Shown one piece after another: positions 1 to 9,708 of a DNA stretch of 64,000 nucleotides. The DNA comes from an uncultured archaeon (GTDB lineage Archaea; Asgardarchaeota; Lokiarchaeia; Sigyniarchaeales; SOKP01), in contig CAZWEM010000020.1 in NCBI GenBank assembly GCA_964632315.1, positions 1-64,000 on the forward strand, in the 5' to 3' direction. Both the position numbers and the translations under genes were made by a program. Every line of letters starts with the position of its first letter. Position 1 is the stretch's first letter. The notes below the pieces were generated by a model. That model worked only from the letters and a program-made list of their open reading frames with translations, was not told the DNA's origin and did no database searches.

Positions 1-235
<235 letters not shown>

Positions 236-369
236 TAATTAAGAGGAGATTCATTTTAAATTTTTTCATTTTTCATAATTTTAAGGTTTATAGTCTAAAA
301 TTTTCGGAGTTTAAAAATCTCTTTTCAAAAATATTTTCAAAATTTAATTACCAATTTTAAAGATTTGAA

Positions 370-1371
370 ATGGATATCAGAGAAAAGATTGGAATTCATC
401 TAGATCAAATTAAACAGTTGAAAGGAGTTGAAAATGCAGTATTAACACAGAGAGATGGAAATCCGATTCAATCATCTGGAGTTTGGTTTTCTAAGGATGA
501 GATTTTTAATGTTAGCTCCGCTGCAAGCGCGATCTTTAACGTTGGAATCCATCTTCATCCTGATGATTTAAAGTATATTTTGATTGAAGGAAGAAAAGCA
601 AAAATCTTAATTGCTCCACTGAATAGCCCACTTCATCATTCATTGAATAAAATCTTGGAACAACAAGGAATATTTGACAACAAACATGAATTTTTTATCG
701 CAATTACGGCACAACCGAATACAAATTTAGGAGGAATTTTTCTACAAACCAGTGAATGTCTGAAAAAAATTAAAACCACTTTGATTACTTCTGGTGAAAC
801 TTTTAAACCACCACTTATTCAATTTGATGAGAAAAAGATCCAAGAGATCATTGGAGGTTTTAGAGTTAAAGAGACAGAAGGCCAAGAATTCAATTTATCA
901 TCATTTTCTTTAAGTTTATCAGAAAAAATATCAATAGAACTAAGAAAAGTCCTAAATAATTTTTCAGTTGCCGTACCAGATATGCTACATGCTTATGTTA
1001 CTATCGAGGGCGGTTTTATTGCATCAAAAATTCTAAAAAGCATCAATATGAAGTATGAAACTCTAGACAATATTTCTGCTATGACTTATTCTTTATTTCA
1101 AACCGCAAATAGATGTGCTTGGTTATTGAAGAAGATGAACGCTGAAAGTATTTTATTAGATTGTGAAAATCGATTTCAATTTATATATGGTTTAGGAAAA
1201 GCAATATTTAGTACAGAGATTAATAAAGCTAGACAAAAATTAGGATTAATTCGGTTAATTCTCCCTCAATTCTCTAAAAAAATTAGTTTACTTATAAAAG
1301 AAGCATCTGAAATACATGAGCAGTATAAATTTGATATGAAATCATTATTTGGAGAGTTAGTAATAAAATAA
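370..1371 (+). CDS. Tandem roadblock/LC7 (MglB-like) domain protein
   Basis: Two roadblock-like repeats: GVENAVLTQRDGNPI...VSSAASAIF and DMLHAYVTIEGGFIAS...ISAMTYSLF...LGLIRL. Confidence 0.75.
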   Translation: MDIREKIGIHLDQIKQLKGVENAVLTQRDGNPIQSSGVWFSKDEIFNVSSAASAIFNVGIHLHPDDLKYILIEGRKAKILIAPLNSPLHHSLNKILEQQGIFDNKHEFFIAITAQPNTNLGGIFLQTSECLKKIKTTLITSGETFKPPLIQFDEKKIQEIIGGFRVKETEGQEFNLSSFSLSLSEKISIELRKVLNNFSVAVPDMLHAYVTIEGGFIASKILKSINMKYETLDNISAMTYSLFQTANRCAWLLKKMNAESILLDCENRFQFIYGLGKAIFSTEINKARQKLGLIRLILPQFSKKISLLIKEASEIHEQYKFDMKSLFGELVIK

Positions 1372-1386
1372 CTTAATGGTGATGAT

Positions 1387-2283
1387 ATGGATTTTTTTAG
1401 GATAATCTCAGATTTAAAGAAATCTGATTCTTCAATGATATTATACTCTTTATTAAATAGGATTCCAATCGTAATTATTGGAGAAGACACTAATGAAATC
1501 GATGATTTTTTAATAGAGCTTTCTGAATTAATGCATTTCAGAAAAGATGTGGTTTTTTATACTGATTTTATATCAATTGAGGAATATCAACAATTACTTC
1601 AAAATGAAAGTATTGATTATAACTCTCAGAGAACTCAGGTTAGATGTCCCTGTGGAGTCTCTAATAAATGTATAAATTATTTCAACAACTTTGATTCTTG
1701 GATTATGGGTTTTGAGATGAAAAATGTAAAAAAGGAAGTTCATTCATTAAATATTTACATAAGAAGCAAAATTCCAATCTTTTTAGGCATACAAATCATT
1801 GCTAATTCCATTAAAATCGAATTAGAAGGAATTAATTCGAAAGAAGTTGATTTTACATTTGAACAAAATGTTTTACAAAAAATATCTCAAGATACTGAAA
1901 AAGCAGTAATAAAAATGAAAAGAGTACTTTCAGAAAGAATAAAGAGTGAAAAATTGGATATAGATCTCATCCACAATTTATTGGATTTTGAAGTAGAAAA
2001 ACAAGAGCTTAAAAAAAATATATTGAAGAGTGAAATTCAAAATTTCTTTTCAGCTTCAAAGAGAGCATTCTTTATATTATCAAGAATGAATTTATTGAAT
2101 GGTTTTGAAATGAATACTCGTATTGGAAGCAAGACTCTATTGGAAACTATAGATTATGATGATGCTTCAATTGAGAGAATAATTGCTTTTATTCGTAAAG
2201 AATGGGGAGAAGATTTTTCCGAGTTGTTTGAGAATGGTAAGAAAGCGAACGCATTAGATAGTATGCAATCATTGTGGGGTTAA
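1387..2283 (+). CDS. Hypothetical protein, core DENN (cDENN)-like N-terminal domain
   Basis: ILYSLLNRIPIVIIGED..IDDFLIELSELM and SWIMGF resemble the cDENN pattern (lLlErrIvfvS..L...ieaL..L / PfliG); helical C-terminus. Confidence 0.45.
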   Translation: MDFFRIISDLKKSDSSMILYSLLNRIPIVIIGEDTNEIDDFLIELSELMHFRKDVVFYTDFISIEEYQQLLQNESIDYNSQRTQVRCPCGVSNKCINYFNNFDSWIMGFEMKNVKKEVHSLNIYIRSKIPIFLGIQIIANSIKIELEGINSKEVDFTFEQNVLQKISQDTEKAVIKMKRVLSERIKSEKLDIDLIHNLLDFEVEKQELKKNILKSEIQNFFSASKRAFFILSRMNLLNGFEMNTRIGSKTLLETIDYDDASIERIIAFIRKEWGEDFSELFENGKKANALDSMQSLWG

Positions 2284-2286
2284 AAA

Positions 2287-2880
2287 ATGATTTATGATTA
2301 TGAGAATAAGACTTTACAAGTTAAAATTGTCTATTATGGACCAGCAATGTCAGGGAAAACAACTTCAATAAAATACTTATTTACTTATTTCAATAAGAAA
2401 AATAATCTTGAATCGATTGATAGCACTGTTGGGAGGACTTTATTCTTTGATTTTGGAATTTTACATTTTGGTAATGCTAACTGGGGATTAAAATTTCTAA
2501 TATATTCAGCTACCGGCCAAGACTTTTATGCGAGTACTCGTCCCGCGACGTTAAATGGAGTTGATGGAATTATTTTTGTTGTTGATTCAGAAATTGATTG
2601 TATGAATCATAATCTTCGGTCTTGGAATGAGTTAAAAGTTCTTTTTGGTTCGGAATTCTATAGAATTCCTGTAGTAATATCATTAAATAAGTATGACTTG
2701 TGCGATAAAGTGAAAATTCAAAGCAAGGATTTCATGGAAAAAATTAATTATTATGAATTTAAGCAAATATCTATTAAAAAGACAAAAGCTATTAATGGAG
2801 AAGGAATTTTAGATTCGTTTAATCGACTTGTTAATTTTATTTTTCCCCAAATTTCTCTTAGTAAAAGTATAGCAAATTAA
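2287..2880 (+). CDS. MglA-like small GTPase
   Basis: KIVYYGPAMSGKTT (G1), GRTLFFDF (G2), SATGQ (G3), GVDGIIFVVDS, NKYD (G4). Confidence 0.9.
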   Translation: MIYDYENKTLQVKIVYYGPAMSGKTTSIKYLFTYFNKKNNLESIDSTVGRTLFFDFGILHFGNANWGLKFLIYSATGQDFYASTRPATLNGVDGIIFVVDSEIDCMNHNLRSWNELKVLFGSEFYRIPVVISLNKYDLCDKVKIQSKDFMEKINYYEFKQISIKKTKAINGEGILDSFNRLVNFIFPQISLSKSIAN

Positions 2881-2881
2881 A

Positions 2882-3064
2882 TTATTTCTCTAATTTTTCA
2901 TACATATTTTTTGATATGCGTTTAACAAATCCTTTTTGTTTAAACTGTCTCAGCAAGTTTCTGACCTTCCTCACTTCTTGAGCATCCATTCTCAAGACAC
3001 TCATAAGTTGAAAAATAGAAAATTGATCTGGTAAATCATCTTTGATATTTCTATATGTACCCAT
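2882..3064 (-). CDS. Small winged-helix-like protein
   Basis: 60 aa, helix-turn-helix followed by KGFVKRISKNMYEK wing; fills the gap between convergent genes. Confidence 0.55.
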   Translation of the reverse strand: MGTYRNIKDDLPDQFSIFQLMSVLRMDAQEVRKVRNLLRQFKQKGFVKRISKNMYEKLEK

Positions 3065-3265
3065 TATCTTTCAATCAGTTTTTTATGATTCTAATAATGT
3101 AAAAAAACTTAAAAAAATTATTAAAATAAGAAATTATTATCAAAGGTTTATATAATCCTCAAAGTAACTATAAATTTTCATTCCTACAACTCTGGTCATA
3201 TAATTTTATTATTTTCATTGGATTTTTATAACCTTGGGAATTCCAAAACTTAATTTGATTTGAAT

Positions 3266-4018
3266 TCAAAATTCAGGAGATGCTCTTCTGAAACTTTCCC
3301 CAACGGGTGCTTGTCCATCACCATAAATTTGATATAGGCCTATTCTTCTAGCACATTCACTAAAACTACGGTATACATCTCTATTTTTTTCGAATAATGC
3401 GCATGTTTTATAAATTATTGGATTCCATGTATATAACTCATGATCTGGTTCATTCCATAATTTCTCTTCTTTTAATATTTGCTTAAAATCCTCTTCCCCT
3501 ATCACTTCATTTAAATCTTGTTTATTTAGCATAATAACTAAAGGTATTTCTTTGATCAACCTACATTCAGGTGTTTTTTTAACAGGGTAAAGATTTTCAG
3601 TAGAATTTTTCCCTTCTATTTCTGATTCATTTAAATATGTCGTCACCTTTTTTAATTCTTTAAGGGACTCAATATTATCTTCAAAAAAGTGAGTTTGAGA
3701 GTCTACAACGAAAATTACTCCATCGGTACCTTTAAATATTCGTTCTCTTAACGGAGAAAATCTACTTTGTCCAGCAACAGTATATACATGATAAAACACT
3801 TTATTTTGTTTAGTAGATTGAAAGTATCCTCTATCAAAATAGAGTGTGGATCCACTAGCCATGCATATTTTCTTCAAGTCCGCCACTGGCGTGATATCTT
3901 TTGTTTGCTCCTTTGTTAATCTGTACAGTGTATCAACGATCGTTGTTTTACCGGAACCACCCATTCCCCAGTACAATATTTTAATGTAAATTTTATGATC
4001 TGGTAAAAATCTAACCAT
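3266..4018 (-). CDS. MglA-like small GTPase with insertion
   Basis: KILYWGMGGSGKTT, STLYFDR, TVAGQ, GTDGVIFVVDS, NKQD; AGGAG SD-like motif upstream. Confidence 0.9.
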   Translation of the reverse strand: MVRFLPDHKIYIKILYWGMGGSGKTTIVDTLYRLTKEQTKDITPVADLKKICMASGSTLYFDRGYFQSTKQNKVFYHVYTVAGQSRFSPLRERIFKGTDGVIFVVDSQTHFFEDNIESLKELKKVTTYLNESEIEGKNSTENLYPVKKTPECRLIKEIPLVIMLNKQDLNEVIGEEDFKQILKEEKLWNEPDHELYTWNPIIYKTCALFEKNRDVYRSFSECARRIGLYQIYGDGQAPVGESFRRASPEF

Positions 4019-4295
4019 AGGCTTTTCTCCTTTAAATTTTTGCCTTAAAAGCGATTATTATTTTATTTATTTAAATTGAAAAGAAAATTCAAAAAAACCT
4101 TAACTATTAATTTTAAAGTCTGATAATACTAATTAATAATATAATTTTACATTTATAATTATTTTTGGTTAATATACTTTTTAATAATTAAATTAGTGTT
4201 ATTAATTCAAGTAATATGCATATTTAGTTATTTAATTGTCTCAAGAGAAGAAATGTGATGTAATGAAATACTATGATACTCAAATTTTAGTTAAG

Positions 4296-4550
4296 TTAAT
4301 CGATACAGACAATAAATTTACCTTTTTTAATATTATAATTGCACCATAAAATTAAATCAATATAATATTTTCCTTTCAATTTTTCTCTTATAATTATGTT
4401 GATAATATCAGTATACATAATTGGACGCTTATCAGAAATCATTTTAGAAGCTTTTTGGCAGATTTTTTCATATACAACTAAATTCTGACGTGGAATAGAT
4501 TCCAATTTTGAATCTTCCTTTAAAAATCTATTAGTACTATTTTTTACCAT
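4296..4550 (-). CDS. Hypothetical protein
   Basis: 84-aa ORF with no overlap to other genes. Confidence 0.5.
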   Translation of the reverse strand: MVKNSTNRFLKEDSKLESIPRQNLVVYEKICQKASKMISDKRPIMYTDIINIIIREKLKGKYYIDLILWCNYNIKKGKFIVCID

Positions 4551-4764
4551 TCTCTTTATTCAGGATTAATAATCTTTTTTATTAGCTTTATTTAAAAATT
4601 TGATGATATAAAGTCCGTCAATTTCACTTTCAATTATCTCCCCCAGAATCTCTATAGAATCTTCTTATCTTAAAATGAAATATGTCCCTACTCAATTGAA
4701 CACCTGTTTTTGATAATTCAAATAAGATATGACGAAAGATTAATCCTAATTCTTAAAAATTGAG

Positions 4765-5799
4765 GTGTTTATTATATTAGAAAGTGAAGATAAGCAAAAA
4801 AGCAAGAATTTGTGTCCAGAATGTGGAGGTTCTACAATAAATACTAGCTATGAAATGATATGTCAAGAATGTGGTCTCGTATTAGATAAAATATTCAAAG
4901 AATCAACTTACACTTTCAACAATAGAGATATTAAAGGTAATCTGAGTAAACAATTCGTCGCTATTGGAAATAGATCGGATTTTGTAGGTGGTTTAGGGAC
5001 CTTTATTGATTTTGAAAATTCAAAATATTTAAAGGATAAATTTGGTAAGCTTCTTCCACCACAAGAGCAAAAACTTTTTAGGCGATTGAAGAAAAATTAT
5101 TCACAATTCTTAAGAATCAAAAACCATGAAACTGAGTACAGGATCTTCAATATCTTAAGCAAGATTTCAATATATTTAAACTTAAATAAAAATATAAGGA
5201 ACAATGCTGCGTATTATTATAAAAAAATAATAAAGCACGAGCAAAAAATAATCAATAATATTTCACTAATAGCTTTTTGCATTTTTTATGCTGCTCGAAA
5301 AGAAAATCATAATGCACCGATCACGATTAATGAAATTTCCCAAGCATTTCAAAATTTTGGACATCGAGTAAATCCAAGGTTAATTTTAAGGGATGGAGTG
5401 AGATATAAAAAGTATTTGAGTAAAAAGTCAAAACCACATCAGAGTGAAGATTATCTTATTAGATTGATAAGTGATATTATCAATCAAGAGAATTTAAACC
5501 AACGATTAATTAAGAAGAATATATCATGGACAAAGGAAGAATTTCAAAATAGATTAACTCAAAAATGCAGCCAAATTTTAAGTGAGTTGACACCGTGGCA
5601 TAGGGGTGGTAGAAATCCGTTTATTTTGACTGGAGCAGTGATTTATTTAGCGGATAAGTTACTCGCCCAAGAAAATTATCAAAAGCCAATTCTTACGCAG
5701 AAACTTATTTCAGATGCAACTGATATTGCGGAATATTCGATTAGAGATCATTATGTAAATTTACTAAAACCATTATTTTTCAAAAAAGTGGCTAAATGA
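4765..5799 (+). CDS. Divergent transcription initiation factor IIB (TFB) family protein
   Basis: Zn ribbon CPECG...CQECG, two cyclin folds, GGRNP..LTGAVIYL, TQKLISDATDIAEYSIR. Confidence 0.85.
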   Translation: MFIILESEDKQKSKNLCPECGGSTINTSYEMICQECGLVLDKIFKESTYTFNNRDIKGNLSKQFVAIGNRSDFVGGLGTFIDFENSKYLKDKFGKLLPPQEQKLFRRLKKNYSQFLRIKNHETEYRIFNILSKISIYLNLNKNIRNNAAYYYKKIIKHEQKIINNISLIAFCIFYAARKENHNAPITINEISQAFQNFGHRVNPRLILRDGVRYKKYLSKKSKPHQSEDYLIRLISDIINQENLNQRLIKKNISWTKEEFQNRLTQKCSQILSELTPWHRGGRNPFILTGAVIYLADKLLAQENYQKPILTQKLISDATDIAEYSIRDHYVNLLKPLFFKKVAK

Positions 5800-5929
5800 A
5801 AGACAAAAATTTTACTGAAATCCTGCAAAAATTAAGCATAGTAAATATGATTTGTTTAATCAAATATTTTATTAAATTTGAAAAATTATAAGGATTACGA
5901 AAAATTTGTAATATTTTTGACTTGAGAAA

Positions 5930-6037
5930 GCTTCCGTAGTGTAGTCCGGCCAAACTTATTTTTTTAACTATATTATAAAGAGCTAAGCATACGAGGCTCT
6001 CACCCTCGCGACCCGGGTTCGAATCCCGGCGGAAGCA
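5930..6037 (+). tRNA. tRNA-Glu(CTC) with 33-nt non-canonical D-loop intron (5954-5986, position 21/22)
   Basis: Acceptor GCTTCCG/CGGAAGC, anticodon arm CGAGG-CTCTCAC-CCTCG, T arm CCGGG-TTCGAAT-CCCGG; removing the AT-rich insert restores AGTCCGGCCAA-GCAT. Confidence 0.93.
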
Positions 6038-6038
6038 C

Positions 6039-6434
6039 TTAAGATTTTTTAATTTTTTGAATCTGATTTAAAATTTTAAGAAATTTTAGTACAATTTTAA
6101 TGTAATTATTAAATTGACTAATTTCTGTCTCTTTGCGTAATTGGCTTGCGATTAAATTCAGCTTTTCTAAAGTAACATCATACAAGAAACTGAGATCGCC
6201 CAAATCATTTAACGAGTTATTATGTTCCTTAATTTTTTCAATCTCTGGTTTATCATTTTTTTTAGGTGGATTATTAATTTCCTCAGAGAAAATTACTGGT
6301 TTATTGCATTTTGGACAAAACATATCACCAGATTTGCTTCTAAATATTGGATTCTTACAATTTGGACATGCAAGATTTAGCATAGTATAACCTTTCCTTA
6401 AGAGATCTGCCATTCTTTTTATCTCATCTGAAAT
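6039..6434 (-). CDS. UPF0148 / autoantigen p27 family Zn-finger protein (ORF track starts at 6413; probable ATT start at 6434)
   Basis: (SDEIKR)MADLLRKGYTMLNLACPNC..PIF...G..FCPKC signature. Confidence 0.8.
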   Translation of the reverse strand: MSDEIKRMADLLRKGYTMLNLACPNCKNPIFRSKSGDMFCPKCNKPVIFSEEINNPPKKNDKPEIEKIKEHNNSLNDLGDLSFLYDVTLEKLNLIASQLRKETEISQFNNYIKIVLKFLKILNQIQKIKKS

Positions 6435-6468
6435 AATAAATATTCTCCTTGTAGTAATTTATAATATT

Positions 6469-6666
6469 TTACGGTTCTTTTTCTTTAATTTTTAAAAGAT
6501 TAACGATGTATCCTGAAATCCTGTTTCTTAAATGTTTAGAATCAATTTCTAAATATTTATCCAATAATCGCTTATTATTTTCAAAATCTGTTCCAAAAAC
6601 ATCTGGATATTTATTAATTAATTCTTTTGAAACATTTTTGATTAAAACCGTTCTTACTTTTCCCAT
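6469..6666 (-). CDS. rps17e: 30S ribosomal protein S17e
   Basis: MGKVRT..IK...DFENNK...SKHLRNRISGYI. Confidence 0.97.
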   Translation of the reverse strand: MGKVRTVLIKNVSKELINKYPDVFGTDFENNKRLLDKYLEIDSKHLRNRISGYIVNLLKIKEKEP

Positions 6667-6774
6667 ATTATCATCGCACTAATTCCTTTTATATCTTTTA
6701 TATATTAATTTTTGATAAAATAAATTTTTTATGGAATTATCTGACTTTTTATAATTTCATTATATAGGAATATT

Positions 6775-7971
6775 GTGTCCAAATCGAGATCATTAATCAC
6801 TATCTGTATCCTCCTAATTTTTTTATGCATTCCAAAATTTATTTTAGGATTCCATCCCGTATTGTGTTCTTTAACTACAAATAAAAATTTTTATTTCAAC
6901 TATGAATACATTGAAATTAATGCGGAATGGGAGTTATATTATAACGTAGAAACTGAAAGGTCTTTCATTCAGGTTCAAATTTATAATTCCTCCGAAAATT
7001 TGATTTGGAATTCTCTTGAGTACACCAAAATTGGTTCTTATAGTGAGAGTTGGAATATTTATATTCCCGATATGGATCTTAGTTTAAATAATGAATCAAC
7101 TCAATTATATGTGAAATTTTATCAATATTTTGATAATGGAGTCTCTATGAGTTCAACTTTTAGACAGACTATAAACATAACGATTTTGAATTCAGAACTA
7201 TCATGTAAATTAATGGGATTTAAAAATTCGATTACTTTTGGAGAATTTATTAATTTTTCTGTTTCATTTTTTGAGACGGGTAATAATTCCATTTTAATTA
7301 ATCAAACTATTTTCTTAAAAGTAAAATTTAATGAAACTTGGTTTTTTTCAAGAGAATTCATTACTGATGATAAGGGAGAAATAGATGTTAATTTATCGAG
7401 TATTTATGAATTAAAAATTGGTGAGAATGAACTTAATTTCATAATTAATGACAGTATAATTTATGAACCAATTCAATTCTCCTATAAAATTAAAGTAAAT
7501 AGAATCCCTATAGTGGTTAACATCATTCAATGTGAGAAAGATGAGTTAATAGGTGAAGTTACTGTAGAATTACATTATTATTATAATTTCAATGGAAATA
7601 AAATATTACTTTCAAATAGTTCTATTAATATTAGAATTTTTCAAAATAATTCAATAAAAAAAGAATTTTTTGATAAAACGAGTCTAAATGGCACTCTATT
7701 TACCAAGATAATATATAAATCATTAGATTTGGACAGAATGCTCTCTGAATTCAGTATTCAATTCATTTTTGATGGAACTAAGTACCTTGGAAATTCAACA
7801 ACAAATTTTTCAATAAAATTTGATGATTTGGATCAAACACAAAAATTAAATTCGATTCAATTAATTTCGTTCTCTGGTTTTATCATTTCGATAATGATAT
7901 TTAGTGTCATCATTATGAATAAAAAGCAAAATAAAGAAAAGACTTTAGCGGATTTATATATAAAGGCTTAA
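6775..7971 (+). CDS. Secreted, membrane-anchored beta-rich (Ig-like) surface protein
   Basis: N-terminal signal/TM segment, many N-x-S/T sequons, ITDDKGEI and FDGTKYL Ig-like motifs, C-terminal TM plus basic tail. Confidence 0.65.
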   Translation: MSKSRSLITICILLIFLCIPKFILGFHPVLCSLTTNKNFYFNYEYIEINAEWELYYNVETERSFIQVQIYNSSENLIWNSLEYTKIGSYSESWNIYIPDMDLSLNNESTQLYVKFYQYFDNGVSMSSTFRQTINITILNSELSCKLMGFKNSITFGEFINFSVSFFETGNNSILINQTIFLKVKFNETWFFSREFITDDKGEIDVNLSSIYELKIGENELNFIINDSIIYEPIQFSYKIKVNRIPIVVNIIQCEKDELIGEVTVELHYYYNFNGNKILLSNSSINIRIFQNNSIKKEFFDKTSLNGTLFTKIIYKSLDLDRMLSEFSIQFIFDGTKYLGNSTTNFSIKFDDLDQTQKLNSIQLISFSGFIISIMIFSVIIMNKKQNKEKTLADLYIKA

Positions 7972-8171
7972 AAATAAATTTTTTTATCGACATTAAACCA
8001 AAAACTTCCAAATAGATTATTAAAAGTAAATTGATTAGTACCTAATTCTATCTGAAATAATTATATAAAATTAATCAATACATTTAGCAAGAAAAAGAGA
8101 GATTATATATAAAAAATTATGACTCTGTTTTATATTATAAATAATAGTATTCTTACTACTAATATCAAATT

Positions 8172-9392
8172 TTGGGGTTAGGTGTTAAGTTGATTGATTA
8201 TTTTGATGAATTATTAAAAATGCCTTCTTTATTTAAAGATGAGAGCATGCTTGATATCAATTTTATTCCAGAAAAGTTACCTCATCGAGAAAAGGAATTA
8301 TATTTACTTTCTCGATTGTTTCTTACTTTAATCACTAATCCAAACTCAACTTCAAGGAAAATTTTAATAACTGGAAAAACAGGTGTAGGAAAGACAGTTA
8401 CTGTTAAATCTTTTGCAAAGATGTTAATAAATGCTTCAATTAAAAGGCATCTTTTTATGAAGTATGTTCATATTAATTGCAGGAAAGAACGAACTAGTTA
8501 TAAAGCACTTATTAAAATTGTCAGGACAATTAATGATAAATTCCCTAAACGAGGATATTCGCCTCAAGATCTACTAGATATCATAATTGATCACCTTAAT
8601 AAGAAAGATTATCATCTACTCATTGTTCTTGATGAATTGAGCTATTTAATTAATAACGGAGAGGATTTGATTTATTCTTTGACTAGATTAAATGATGATT
8701 CAATAAATATTCAACAGAGGATCTCAATTATAGGTATCGTTAGAGATATTTCGTGCCTAAGTAATCTTGACGCAAGTACCTTAAGTACACTTCAGAGAAA
8801 CATCATAGAATTCAAAGTGTATTCTCGAGAGGAAATATTTGATATTTTAAAGTATAGGGCAGGAATTTGCTTGAATGAAAAAGTAATTTCAGATGAAATC
8901 TTGGGTATGATCACCGATCTTGTTTATAATAAAGGGGATATTCGCTTTGGCCTGAATCTCATATGGAGATCAGTTAAAATAGCAGAGAATAAGGGATTAA
9001 AACATTTATCTGCAGAATGTGTGAGATTGGGAAACCAAGATTTAGTCCCATTTTCCACTCAAGATATTTTAAAATGCATTAGCATTCAAAAATTGGTTTT
9101 TCTCCTTTCAATAATTAGAACCTTAAAACTCTCAGAAGATAAAGCGATTTCAATGAAAGAAATATTGAATTTATATAAAATTATCTGTGAAAATTTAGAA
9201 GTCACTTCAAGATCTCAATCACAGCTATGGAATTATCTCCAAGAATTCAAAAGAGACAACTTAATTACTCTAAATGTTCAAAGTGAAGCAATCAAAGGTA
9301 GAAAGAGCCTTATACAAATTCCAGAAATTTCATTAATTAAATTTGAAAAAATCGTATTAGAATTACTTGAATCAAAAGGATTGAACATATGA
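8172..9392 (+). CDS. cdc6: Orc1/Cdc6 replication initiator
   Basis: FIPEKLPHREKE, Walker A GKTGVGKT, HINC, Walker B IVLDE, GDIRFGL, C-terminal winged helix; true start may be a few codons downstream. Confidence 0.95.
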   Translation: MGLGVKLIDYFDELLKMPSLFKDESMLDINFIPEKLPHREKELYLLSRLFLTLITNPNSTSRKILITGKTGVGKTVTVKSFAKMLINASIKRHLFMKYVHINCRKERTSYKALIKIVRTINDKFPKRGYSPQDLLDIIIDHLNKKDYHLLIVLDELSYLINNGEDLIYSLTRLNDDSINIQQRISIIGIVRDISCLSNLDASTLSTLQRNIIEFKVYSREEIFDILKYRAGICLNEKVISDEILGMITDLVYNKGDIRFGLNLIWRSVKIAENKGLKHLSAECVRLGNQDLVPFSTQDILKCISIQKLVFLLSIIRTLKLSEDKAISMKEILNLYKIICENLEVTSRSQSQLWNYLQEFKRDNLITLNVQSEAIKGRKSLIQIPEISLIKFEKIVLELLESKGLNI

Positions 9393-9682
9393 TTCGTGAA
9401 AGGAAGAGTAATAAATCAAATTTTGAAAATGTGTTTGGATCAAAAGCTAGAGTAAAAATACTAAAAACTTTAGCTAAGAATAGTGAACTTTCAATTTCTC
9501 AAGTTATTAGAAACACAAATTTAAATCATTCAAGTGTTATAAAACACTTAGAACTCCTAAAAGAAAGTAATTTAATCCAAGAAAAGAATTTTGGAAGGAT
9601 CAAAATTTTAAGATTTAAAATCGAAAATTTAAAAGCTAGTAGTTTCAAAAGATTTGTTGAAATTTGGGAAGGTGATTTTTAG
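9389..9682 (+). CDS. ArsR-like winged-helix transcriptional regulator
   Basis: VFGSKARVKILK...LSISQV...HLELLK..FGRIK; ATGA overlap with cdc6. Confidence 0.8.
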   Translation: MIRERKSNKSNFENVFGSKARVKILKTLAKNSELSISQVIRNTNLNHSSVIKHLELLKESNLIQEKNFGRIKILRFKIENLKASSFKRFVEIWEGDF

Positions 9683-9708
9683 ATATAAATCTCACCTTAA
9701 ATGGTTTC

